This document shows, in pieces, positions 1 to 8,268 of a stretch of DNA of 25,077 nt; position 1 is the first letter of the stretch; each line of letters opens with the position of its first letter. Under the pieces are notes generated by a model. It did not search any database. It saw only the letters and a list, made by a program, of their open reading frames with translations, and was not told the DNA's origin. The translations under genes were made by a program, and so were the position numbers. Origin of the DNA: a virus (Duplodnaviria > Caudoviricetes); IMG/VR virus record IMGVR_UViG_3300032373_001179, positions 1 through 25,077 of that record. One strand, 5' to 3'.

Positions 1-1278
1 ATGAAAGCTGCGGCTGCGGCAAAAGAAATGATTCGCTCCATCAGGTTTGATAGGTTGACAGAAAAATTTCTTTTGCAGTCCCTGCTCAAAGGCTGGGGTG
101 TAGCTGAAGTTATCTGGAGCCTGAAAGGTGATATGCTCTGGCCAGCAGCCCTTAAAGTAAAACGAAGCCAAAGGTTTACCTTTGCCCCTTTGCATACCAT
201 CAAACCTGCCAGCAATAAATATGAGGATGTACGCAAGGCTTTGCGCTTAGAAAGTTCGTTGCGCTTGAAAACGATGGCTCAACCACTCAATGGTGAGGTT
301 TTGCCTGAACGCAAATTTATTGTGCATTCTGTTGGCGGATTAGATGATGATAACCCCTTTGGCACAGGATTAGGTTTTTGGCTTTATTGGCCAGTACGGT
401 TTAAACGTGAAGGCATGAGTTTATGGCTACAGTTTATTGATAAGTTTGGTGCGCCCTCTGTGAAAGGAACTTACCCAGCGAATGCTGGTGACCCAGAGAA
501 AAAGAAGTTGATGGAAGCCCTGCGTGCGTTGCGATCCAATTCCGTAACGGCAATACCCGATGGCATGTCAGCAGAACTCATACAGGCAGCCAAGTCTGGC
601 ATCAGCACACACGAACAGCTTATTGATCGCATGGATCAAGCCATCACCACAGTGGTCTTGTCGCAAACGCTCACAACAAGTCAGGGTAATTCAGGAAGCC
701 AAGCGCTTGGCAAGGTACATGAGGGTGTCAAAGATGGCATTGCCAAATCAGATGCAGATATGTTGAGTGATACGCTCAATGAAACACTGATGAGTTGGTT
801 TACGATATTTAATTTCCCAAATGCTGAACCACCTCAAGTATGGCGTGATATGTCTGATACTGAAGGCTTAGATACCAAAGCAGAGCGCGATGAACGTGTA
901 TCCAAAGCATCAGGTCATTATATTGATAAAAAGTATGCTGAAGAAGAATATGGCATCAAATTGGGTGATGCTATTACACCAAGCATTAAGGATGTGAATG
1001 CAAGTACTGCATCTTTTGCCGAAAATGAAACAACAGCAGATGCTGTTGACAAGATTACAAATCAATTGGAAGTGGAAGCTGTTCCGATTACTGATGTGAT
1101 GATTAATCAAGTGCGAGCGTTGGCAGATGAAGTAGGTTCTCTTGAAGAGCTGGCAGACCGCATTCCTGAATTGCTTGGTGAGATGGAGACATCAACCTTG
1201 ACCGAGCTAATGGCAAAAGCACTCACCACCGCAGACCTTCAGGGTCAGCAAAACGTGCTTGATGAAGCCGATGTGTAA
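1..1278 (+). CDS. Mu gp29-like portal protein (DUF935 family), probably 5'-truncated by the window edge
   Basis: Motifs G.GVAEVIW, NPFGTGLG..LYWPV.FK, W..F.DKFG.P, L.QTLTT...GSQALG.VHE; lies upstream of MuF. Confidence 0.9.
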   Translation: MKAAAAAKEMIRSIRFDRLTEKFLLQSLLKGWGVAEVIWSLKGDMLWPAALKVKRSQRFTFAPLHTIKPASNKYEDVRKALRLESSLRLKTMAQPLNGEVLPERKFIVHSVGGLDDDNPFGTGLGFWLYWPVRFKREGMSLWLQFIDKFGAPSVKGTYPANAGDPEKKKLMEALRALRSNSVTAIPDGMSAELIQAAKSGISTHEQLIDRMDQAITTVVLSQTLTTSQGNSGSQALGKVHEGVKDGIAKSDADMLSDTLNETLMSWFTIFNFPNAEPPQVWRDMSDTEGLDTKAERDERVSKASGHYIDKKYAEEEYGIKLGDAITPSIKDVNASTASFAENETTADAVDKITNQLEVEAVPITDVMINQVRALADEVGSLEELADRIPELLGEMETSTLTELMAKALTTADLQGQQNVLDEADV

Positions 1279-1379
1279 ATCGACACAGCGGCGCTCAAGC
1301 ATCAAATATGCGGTGAATCTCTGTTTGAGCCATCGAAAAGCCGCTCTAACATGTTATAACACGATTACAGGCAATGATT

Positions 1380-2621
1380 ATGGCTGATGTTAAGTACGGC
1401 TCGTTGCCCTTTGATGCACAAATCGCATTTTTCAGAAAAAAACTGGCGCTACCTACACGTGGTTGGACAGACCTTTGGCAGTCTAATCATGATCATGCAT
1501 TTGTGGTGGCAGGTGCTACCAAGATGGCGCTGGTTGAGGATATGCAGCAAGCGATTCAAAAAGCAATTAAGCAAGGCACCACGCTTGCAGAGTTCAGAAA
1601 AGATTTTGATAAGACAGTTGCCAAGCATGGCTGGGCATACAATGGCGAACGTGGCTGGCGTACACGTGTCATCTACGAGACCAATCTTAGAACTTCGTAT
1701 GCCGCTGGGCGTTATGAGCAGCTGCAAAACTTTGAATTTTGGCAATACCATCATTCTACTGGTGTGACCAACCCACGACCTCAGCATGTGGCGTGGTCAG
1801 GATTGGTATTACCTAAAGATGACCCGTTCTGGCAAACACATTACCCACCCAACGGCTGGGGGTGTCGCTGTTATGCAACAGGCTTGAGCAAATCGCGGAT
1901 GCGACAAAAAGGTCTTTCGCAGAGTGAAACACCAGATATAAAAATGCGGCAAGTTCTTGTTGGTGTTAATACGCTTAACCCTCGCACCATTGATTTGCCT
2001 GAAGGCATTAGTGCTGGCTTTGCTTATGCGCCTGGTCGCAGCGCATGGATGCATCATCATGTGGCAACACCTAAAGGCGAAGTAGCCATTGCATTTGATA
2101 AAGCTATACCCGCAACGGTCGCTGGTGATTTGATGCCTTCGCCACGCGAATTTAATGAAAAGAAATTGATGCCTCTGATGAAAGAAGGGCAAGATGAAGA
2201 TTATGTGCGCGCATTTCTAAAACCTTTTGGTGCGGATATTGGTCAAGCTAAAGTGTTTACGGATGTGACAGGTGAAGCCGTTGTCATTTCTGATGCGCTT
2301 TTTAAAAACGCCCAAGGCAACTGGAAAATAGGCAAGCGGTCGCGTAGCCAAGACATTGTCATGCTTGCCGAAACCCTGCAAGACCCCGACGAAGTGTGGA
2401 CACGTATGGTTTGGCACAAGAATCAAGGTAAGGCGATGACTGAGCGTGTTTATTTATCACGCTACACCATAGGTGAGAAGGATTATACATCACTGGTGGT
2501 CATGGATTATCACAAAGGTTGGCATGGTGTGACAGCACATACTTCATTAAGTGCAGATGAGCTGAAAAACAAAATAGAGAAGAATCGTGCTGGTGTGCGG
2601 CTATTTAAACGGGGCTTATAA
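1380..2621 (+). CDS. MuF (Mu gp30) head morphogenesis protein with C-terminal PBECR2-like nuclease domain
   Basis: MuF motifs AFVVAGA, RTRVIYETNLRTSYAAGRY, PRPQH..W.G.VLP.DDPFW..HYPPNGWGCRC; C-terminal ~150 aa extension (FTDVTGE.VVIS..LF, LAETLQDPDEVW, W.GVTAH, R.GVRLFKR). Start may be 1374 or 1380. Confidence 0.88.
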   Translation: MADVKYGSLPFDAQIAFFRKKLALPTRGWTDLWQSNHDHAFVVAGATKMALVEDMQQAIQKAIKQGTTLAEFRKDFDKTVAKHGWAYNGERGWRTRVIYETNLRTSYAAGRYEQLQNFEFWQYHHSTGVTNPRPQHVAWSGLVLPKDDPFWQTHYPPNGWGCRCYATGLSKSRMRQKGLSQSETPDIKMRQVLVGVNTLNPRTIDLPEGISAGFAYAPGRSAWMHHHVATPKGEVAIAFDKAIPATVAGDLMPSPREFNEKKLMPLMKEGQDEDYVRAFLKPFGADIGQAKVFTDVTGEAVVISDALFKNAQGNWKIGKRSRSQDIVMLAETLQDPDEVWTRMVWHKNQGKAMTERVYLSRYTIGEKDYTSLVVMDYHKGWHGVTAHTSLSADELKNKIEKNRAGVRLFKRGL

Positions 2622-2626
2622 ATAAG

Positions 2627-2700
2627 AAAGGCCACGTCCCAGCGCAGCCTTTACTCTGTGTATCATTGCACGGTTCTGGGCACCTCTAGTACACAATGAG
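2627..2700 (+). ncRNA. Putative structured RNA (two hairpins with complementary loops) downstream of the MuF-nuclease gene
   Basis: Stem AAAGGC(2627-32)/GCCTTT(2647-52); stem TGTGTA(2657-62)/TACACA(2690-95) with inner GGT/ACC; loop CCCAG(2638-42) is complementary to loop CTGGG(2676-80). Confidence 0.45.
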
Positions 2701-2725
2701 CTTTATCGAAGCATAGGAGTTAGTC

Positions 2726-3175
2726 ATGGCAGGCGCAAGCAATTTAATATCTATTGATGTCAATGATAGCGATATTCAGCGTGTATTCGGAAAGATTCAG
2801 CACCTTGATCAAAACATGGCGCCACTCTTTGCAGATATTGGCGAACACTTGCTGGAGTCCACTAAACAACGCTTTGCTGATCAGGTTGATCCTGATGGAT
2901 TGGCGTGGCAACCTTTAAAAGAATCCACACGCGAACGCAAAGAAAAAAACAGCGACATGATACTTGTCGAGCATGGTCAACTGATGGACTCCTTTCATGC
3001 ACAAGCAAGTTCATCTGAAGCAGTTGTTGGCAGCAATGATATTCGCGCAGCAAGCCTGCACTTTGGTGATGACAACAGAAACATCCCTGCGCGGAACATT
3101 TTAGGTTTGAATGCTCATGATCAGGATTCCATTTTAGACTTGGCTGAAGACTTTCTGCACCAAGCCCTTTTATGA
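2726..3175 (+). CDS. Phage virion morphogenesis protein (Mu gpG / P2 gpS family)
   Basis: IGE.LLEST.QRF..Q.DPDG..W.PL, IL...G.L..S, VGSN...A..HFG, IPAR..LGL; SD AGGAG. Confidence 0.9.
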   Translation: MAGASNLISIDVNDSDIQRVFGKIQHLDQNMAPLFADIGEHLLESTKQRFADQVDPDGLAWQPLKESTRERKEKNSDMILVEHGQLMDSFHAQASSSEAVVGSNDIRAASLHFGDDNRNIPARNILGLNAHDQDSILDLAEDFLHQALL

Positions 3176-3258
3176 AAACATCTCAAGACTAACTAAAGCT
3201 GTATATTGACATGCGCCTTGGCGTAGTCTTACTGTAGACTTTCAATAGCGATGCAGCT

Positions 3259-3312
3259 CACGCGACATCTGTCGCGTGTATTAATGGTTCATACCTCCCG
3301 ATAATTCGCTGC
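3259..3312 (+). promoter_or_regulatory. Putative activator-dependent late promoter (dyad plus -10 box) for the head operon
   Basis: Perfect inverted repeat CACGCGACA-TC-TGTCGCGTG (3259-3278); -10-like GATAAT at 3300-3305; no SD before ATG 3313. Confidence 0.5.
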
Positions 3313-4446
3313 ATGACTTCACAGACGATAACTCCCATTCACGCTTTTTCCGCAGGCACACATACAACAGCGGCAGGTCATCAGGTGACCATCTCAGCAG
3401 ATGACCTGCAAGCATCTGCCCAGGCTTATAATCCTGAGTTGCATGAAGCGCCCATTGTTATTGGTCATCCAACAGGATCATCACCAGCTTATGGTTGGAT
3501 TCAATCCTTTACGGTGTCAGCAAATGATTTCATTGCGCAGCCAGCACAAGTAAACCCTGACTTTGCAGAGTTGAATAATTCTGGCGCTTTCAAAAAGCGT
3601 TCTATGTCTTTTTATCACCCTGATAACAATCAAAACCCAGTACCAGGTATCTGGTATCCGCGCCACCTTGGTTTTCTCGGCGCACAACCTCCAGCGGTTA
3701 AAGGTCTGCGGGACTTCAACTTTGAAGAAGATGCTGGTGATACGGTCACGATTGAGTTCGGCGAATGGACTGACCGCGTAGAGGCTGGCATGTGGCGCAA
3801 TATGCGCGAGTGGATACTTGCCAAGTTCGGGAAAGATGATGCTGATGCTGCCGTTCCAGCTTGGGATGTTGATTTGCTTCAAGAAGAAGCAGCACAACCT
3901 TCTAAAGAGAATGCTGCAACAAGCCCCGAATCATTTTCAGAGAACACAACTACAACAAACAAGGAGGGCAAAGATATGCCTGAAGAAAACAAAGATACTG
4001 ACTTTGCCGAGCGCGAAGACGGCTTGAATCAACGCGAAGCTAATATTTTAGCACGCGAACAAGAGGCACATCGAACTTCGTGTGCGGATTTCGTAGAGAC
4101 CCTTATTGACGATGGAAAAGTCTTGGCTGTACATAAAAGCAATTTGATTGAATTTATGGCTGGCTTAGAGCATGTCGAAACCATCGACTTTGCTGAAGGC
4201 GATGAAACAGTAAAACAATCTCCGTTGGCATTTATTCAAAGCTATTTTGAAGCACAGCCTAAAATCGTTTCCTTTGGTGAATATCACAGCGAAACACCAA
4301 CCCCTGTTGATATGCAAAATGCCAGTGCTATTGCACAGGCTGCAACGGAATTTCAAGAATCAGAAAAAGTAGCTGGTCGTGATGTAAGCATCACAGCAGC
4401 AGTAAATCATGTTCAAAAACAAAACGGAGGAAATACCCATGAATAA
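3313..4446 (+). CDS. Mu gpI-like prohead protease/scaffold protein
   Basis: F.AGTHT, YNPELHEAPIVIGHP...PAYGW, FKKRS.SFY.P, Y.RHLGFLGAQPPAVKGL; acidic helical C-terminal scaffold region. Confidence 0.9.
   Translation: MTSQTITPIHAFSAGTHTTAAGHQVTISADDLQASAQAYNPELHEAPIVIGHPTGSSPAYGWIQSFTVSANDFIAQPAQVNPDFAELNNSGAFKKRSMSFYHPDNNQNPVPGIWYPRHLGFLGAQPPAVKGLRDFNFEEDAGDTVTIEFGEWTDRVEAGMWRNMREWILAKFGKDDADAAVPAWDVDLLQEEAAQPSKENAATSPESFSENTTTTNKEGKDMPEENKDTDFAEREDGLNQREANILAREQEAHRTSCADFVETLIDDGKVLAVHKSNLIEFMAGLEHVETIDFAEGDETVKQSPLAFIQSYFEAQPKIVSFGEYHSETPTPVDMQNASAIAQAATEFQESEKVAGRDVSITAAVNHVQKQNGGNTHE
3976..4446 (+). CDS. Putative in-frame internal scaffold protein (Mu gpZ-like), 156 aa
   Basis: AAGGAGG at 3961-3967, 8 nt before an in-frame ATG (MPEENKDTDFAE), after a low-complexity linker. 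Confidence 0.6.
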   Translation: MPEENKDTDFAEREDGLNQREANILAREQEAHRTSCADFVETLIDDGKVLAVHKSNLIEFMAGLEHVETIDFAEGDETVKQSPLAFIQSYFEAQPKIVSFGEYHSETPTPVDMQNASAIAQAATEFQESEKVAGRDVSITAAVNHVQKQNGGNTHE

Positions 4447-4816
4447 CCCTGGACTTATCAAAGCATTTGTTGTCGTGGCAGTTGTAGCTGCTTTCCGCAT
4501 CGTCAAATTTGGAGCGGATGACCATCATGTCTTGGCTTCTGCATTAGGCACAGATGCGCATATCGGCGTGACAGGTGCTGTTGTACCTAACGCTGCTGAA
4601 TCACCTATTGATATCACCATGACTGGCATCGCTGAAGTCGAATTTGGCGGCGTAGTCACACGCGGAGATTTGCTTACTTCCGATGCACTAGGTCGCGCAA
4701 TTGTCGCAGCACCTGCTCTTGGCGCGAATGTTCGTATTGTCGGTCAGGCAATGTCTAGCGGAGTGCTGGGCGATATTGGTTCTGTTCATCTTCAAGCATC
4801 ACAAATTAAAGGCTAA
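4439..4816 (+). CDS. Capsid cement/decoration protein (DUF2190-like)
   Basis: Small Gly/Ala/Val-rich protein, GIAEVEFGG.V.RGD.LTSDA.GRA; lies between protease and capsid; SD GGAGG supports ATG 4439 rather than 4409. Confidence 0.8.
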   Translation: MNNPGLIKAFVVVAVVAAFRIVKFGADDHHVLASALGTDAHIGVTGAVVPNAAESPIDITMTGIAEVEFGGVVTRGDLLTSDALGRAIVAAPALGANVRIVGQAMSSGVLGDIGSVHLQASQIKG

Positions 4817-4828
4817 GGGAGGTTATCC

Positions 4829-5752
4829 ATGCCAGCACCATTTCCGATTCAACCCGAACTAACCGCAATTGCGATTGCATATAAAAACGGTCGCATGATT
4901 GCAGACGAGGTATTACCTCGTGTGCCAGTGGGCAAGCAAGACTTTAAATACCTTGAGCACAATCTTGAAGAAGGTTTCACTGTTCCTGATACAAAGGTGG
5001 GTCGCAAATCACGCCCAAATGAAATTGAGTTTTCGGCAACAGAAAAAACAGCTTCCACAGAAGACCATGCCTTGGATTCATCTATTCCACAAAGTGATAT
5101 TGATAACGCGCCTGCCAACTACAACCCTAAAGGTCGTGCTGTTGAAGGCATTCAAAACCTTGTTGCGCTTGATCGTGAAGTACGTGTATCAAACCTTGTA
5201 TTTGGTGCTGCAAACTATGGTGTTAACAATAAACAAGCGCTGGCAGGTGTGGCTCAGTTTATCGACCCAGCATCTAAGCCCATTGATGTGATTGGTGATG
5301 CTGCTGATTCGTTGATTTTACGCCCAAATGTGATGGTGCTCGGTCGTCGTGCTTTTACCATCCTGTCACGTCATCCAAGTATTGTGAAAGCCTTTAATGG
5401 CAACGCTGGTGATTCAGGCCAAGCATCGCGCGAGTTCATCGCGTCATTGTTTGAAATGGAAAAAGTGATCGTTGGTGAAGCGCGTGTTAATACAACACGA
5501 AAAGGTCAGGTCGCAAGCATTCAACGTGCTTGGGGGTCACACATCGCCCTTATTCATCAGGAAACACATGCGGATACAACAAACGGTACAGCAACCTATG
5601 GCTTCACCGCACAATTTGGTGACCGCATCGCTGGCTCAGTCCCTGATAAAGATATTGGTATGCGTGGCGGTGAGCGCGTTCGTTCTGGTGAATCTGTGAA
5701 AGAATTGCTGGCTGCACCTGACTTGGGATACCTGATTCAAAACATTGGCTAA
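4829..5752 (+). CDS. Major capsid protein (lambda gpE-like family)
   Basis: 307 aa; PFPIQPELTAIAIAY.N..MIAD.VLPRVPV; terminal D.GYLIQN; strong SD GGAGG; synteny. Confidence 0.88.
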   Translation: MPAPFPIQPELTAIAIAYKNGRMIADEVLPRVPVGKQDFKYLEHNLEEGFTVPDTKVGRKSRPNEIEFSATEKTASTEDHALDSSIPQSDIDNAPANYNPKGRAVEGIQNLVALDREVRVSNLVFGAANYGVNNKQALAGVAQFIDPASKPIDVIGDAADSLILRPNVMVLGRRAFTILSRHPSIVKAFNGNAGDSGQASREFIASLFEMEKVIVGEARVNTTRKGQVASIQRAWGSHIALIHQETHADTTNGTATYGFTAQFGDRIAGSVPDKDIGMRGGERVRSGESVKELLAAPDLGYLIQNIG

Positions 5753-5810
5753 ACAATAACAAAGAGTGGCTTTTGCCCCTCACTATTACCAAAAACATAA
5801 GAGGTTAAAA

Positions 5811-6161
5811 ATGCCAAAATATTCAGTAGAAAGCCCTTTAAAATATGATGGTGATGACTATGGCGAAGGTGATGTCGTAGACATGCCAGCCAAAGATGCT
5901 GAACCATTGCTTGAGCTTGGCGTGTTGGGCGAAACCAAAAAGGCAGATGCACCAAAAGCACCAGACAAAATTAAACCTGAAACTGAAGCAGCATTACATG
6001 CAGCTATTCACGATGCAGTCTCGTCTTTGGATCAAGCGGATACAACCCTTTGGTCAAAAGATGGTAACACGGCAAAAGTGGATGCAATCAGCAATGTTCT
6101 TGGATTTACTGTAACCGCTGCTGAGCGTGATGCAGCAGTGCCTGTTCAGGCTGCCGAGTAA
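5811..6161 (+). CDS. Small head-associated protein (Mu gp35 position)
   Basis: N-terminal Y.V..PLKYDG..Y..GD.V.M....A..L...G motif; SD GAGG before ATG 5811 (preferred over GTG 5766). Confidence 0.7.
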   Translation: MPKYSVESPLKYDGDDYGEGDVVDMPAKDAEPLLELGVLGETKKADAPKAPDKIKPETEAALHAAIHDAVSSLDQADTTLWSKDGNTAKVDAISNVLGFTVTAAERDAAVPVQAAE

Positions 6162-6164
6162 CAC

Positions 6165-6593
6165 ATGTCATACGCTACGCGACAGGGAATGATTGATCGA
6201 TTTGGTGAGGAAGAGCTGATTCAGTTAACGGATCGCGCTAACCCAGCAAACAACGTCATTGATAATATCGTGCTTGATGCTGCATTGCTGGACGCAGATG
6301 CTGAAATCAATGGTTATCTTCAAGCACGGTATACCCTGCCGCTGGTAGCTGTTCCGCTTCTTATCTCGCGTTTAGCGCGGGATATCGCTCGTTATTATTT
6401 ATATGATGATCATGTACCTGAAGCTATAGAAACCAGATACAAAGCAGCGGTAAAAACCTTGGAGCAAATTTCCAAAGGCGTTGTCCAGTTGGGGCTTGAT
6501 AGTGCTGGTGATACTACACCATCAACATCTAGCCCTATTACTGTGGCTGACGCACCAGTTTTTTCACCCGATAGCCTTAAAGGGTTTCACTGA
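6165..6593 (+). CDS. Mu gp36-like head-tail connector (DUF1320)
   Basis: MSYAT..MI.RFG..EL.QLTDR, A..EI.GYL..RY.LPL..VP, DIARY.L, RY..AV..L..I..G...LG. Confidence 0.92.
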   Translation: MSYATRQGMIDRFGEEELIQLTDRANPANNVIDNIVLDAALLDADAEINGYLQARYTLPLVAVPLLISRLARDIARYYLYDDHVPEAIETRYKAAVKTLEQISKGVVQLGLDSAGDTTPSTSSPITVADAPVFSPDSLKGFH

Positions 6594-7111
6594 TGCCTAC
6601 ATTTGAAGCATACGAAGCTGCAATGGTTGCAGGGCTTCAAAACGTGGCGGGTATCAACAAGGTTGAAGAGTTTGCTTTTGACCTGTCTGCCCAAGCTTTG
6701 AAAAACGTTGCGCCAAGAGATGGTGGTATTTTGATGGTGCCATTGGGTGGCATGCCAGCGCGTGAGCAACCCAGCACAGGCCAGCTTGCATTTGTATGCC
6801 GCACTGGTGCATATATCGTAACACGGCATGCCAACAACAAGGTTGAACGTGCAAAAAAAGCACGTGTACTTGCACGACATGTCATGCTCACGATTCGTCA
6901 TCATCAATGGGGTTTAAACGATACCCATATTGCAGAAATTGAAAAATTAGAGAACAGATCCACTGGCGAAGCTGATAAAAATGGTTACGCAATCTGGTTG
7001 GTGATTTGGAAGCAAACGATCAACCTTGATGAATTGCCTGTTGATAACAGCGTATTGCCAAGCGGTGTGGTTGTGCAAACAGCCCAACAAATCGAACAGG
7101 TGCTTCCATGA
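6593..7111 (+). CDS. Mu gp37-like neck/tail-completion protein
   Basis: Position after gp36; QWGL and A.W.V.W.Q motifs. Confidence 0.6.
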   Translation: MPTFEAYEAAMVAGLQNVAGINKVEEFAFDLSAQALKNVAPRDGGILMVPLGGMPAREQPSTGQLAFVCRTGAYIVTRHANNKVERAKKARVLARHVMLTIRHHQWGLNDTHIAEIEKLENRSTGEADKNGYAIWLVIWKQTINLDELPVDNSVLPSGVVVQTAQQIEQVLP

Positions 7112-7734
7112 GCCGCTTTTCACTTGCTGAACTTGAACGCCGCATGACAAACATTATTCGTGTGGCCACGATTGCATCTGTGAATGCAAATGCTGCGCGC
7201 TGTACGGTGAGCATTGATGAATTGACCACCTCCGAACTTCCTTGGTTAACCAGCCATGCAGGTCAAACACGTACTTGGTGGACACCTGAAGTTGGAGAAC
7301 AAGTGATTGTGCTTTCACCCTTTGGTGATTTGGCACAAGGCTTTGTCTTGCAGTCACTTTATCAAACCACTCACCCAGCACCTGATAACAATCCAGCTCA
7401 TGCTGGCATTCATTTTAAAGATGGCAGCCTGATTGAATATGATGATATTGCTCACCGCCTGAAGATTAACTTGCCTGCAACAGGTTCGGATATTTTGATT
7501 ACAAGTGCAGGTACGTTAAATATCACCACCGATAAAGATACAACAGTGAATGCAGACAATGCGATCGTAAATGCCACCACCGATGTGGTTGTCACGGCTG
7601 GTGGCAAAGCCACTGTTGATGCGCCAAGTGTGGCTTTGAATGGTGGAGCTGGTGTGGTCACCAAGGCATGTATATGCGCCCTCACAGGTTTGCCTCATTC
7701 TGATGGCTCTTCAACCGTAACGGCGGGCAAATAA
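7108..7734 (+). CDS. Baseplate assembly/spike protein V
   Basis: EL.RR..NIIR..TI, LPWL...AG....W..PEVGEQV.VLSP.GD...G.VL, F.DG..IEYD. Confidence 0.92.
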   Translation: MSRFSLAELERRMTNIIRVATIASVNANAARCTVSIDELTTSELPWLTSHAGQTRTWWTPEVGEQVIVLSPFGDLAQGFVLQSLYQTTHPAPDNNPAHAGIHFKDGSLIEYDDIAHRLKINLPATGSDILITSAGTLNITTDKDTTVNADNAIVNATTDVVVTAGGKATVDAPSVALNGGAGVVTKACICALTGLPHSDGSSTVTAGK

Positions 7735-7735
7735 G

Positions 7736-7933
7736 ATGGCGCTCACAAAAGCAAGTTTAAAAGGCAAAATTATTGCCGAGATGGAATTAGCTGGCGCAAG
7801 TTCGCTTGGTCAGCATTCGTGGGTGGATAAATTTGCAGGGGCAATTGCCAATGCAGTTGTGGATGAGATTCAAGCCAATGCAGCCGTGGCTGTGACCAGT
7901 GGTTCCAGCGCTGGCACATATAAGGTGTCATGA
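7736..7933 (+). CDS. Small hypothetical baseplate-region protein
   Basis: 65 aa, tightly coupled between V and W; AIA.AVVDEIQ.NA motif. Confidence 0.7.
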   Translation: MALTKASLKGKIIAEMELAGASSLGQHSWVDKFAGAIANAVVDEIQANAAVAVTSGSSAGTYKVS

Positions 7934-8268
7934 TGATAGGCATGCATGCAACAACAGGCAGAACACTGGAAGGCCGCGCGCACCTGAAGCAACGCATTTC
8001 AGACATTTTGCACACCCCGATTGGGTCACGCGTCAAACGCCGTGCTTATGGCTCTGGTTTATTTGGGCTGGTTGATAAACCCATGTCACCTTCATTGATG
8101 GTTGCCATTATCCATGCAACAGCCGAAGCCATTGCAAAATGGGAAAGAGAGTTTCAATTATCGCAAGTGATTGTGGATATGAAAACGCCTGGTCATATTC
8201 TTTTAGATATTAAAGGCACCGATTTAATCAATGGAAAACCCATTGTGCTTGAAGGCATTGCGATATGA
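7930..8268 (+). CDS. Baseplate protein W (gp25 family)
   Basis: GM...TGR.L.G.AHL.Q.I.DIL.TP.GSRV.RR.YGS.L..LVD.P. Confidence 0.93.
   Translation: MMIGMHATTGRTLEGRAHLKQRISDILHTPIGSRVKRRAYGSGLFGLVDKPMSPSLMVAIIHATAEAIAKWEREFQLSQVIVDMKTPGHILLDIKGTDLINGKPIVLEGIAI

Noticed and set aside
2041-2056. Additional CATGGATG sites inside MuF (and near 12037 in the sheath gene)
   Set aside because: Only 3-4 bp stems within coding sequence; compatible with chance
5764-5782. Terminator after the major capsid gene (GAGTGGC-TTTT-GCCCCTC)
   Set aside because: Imperfect stem and no following U-tract; at most a weak stabilising hairpin
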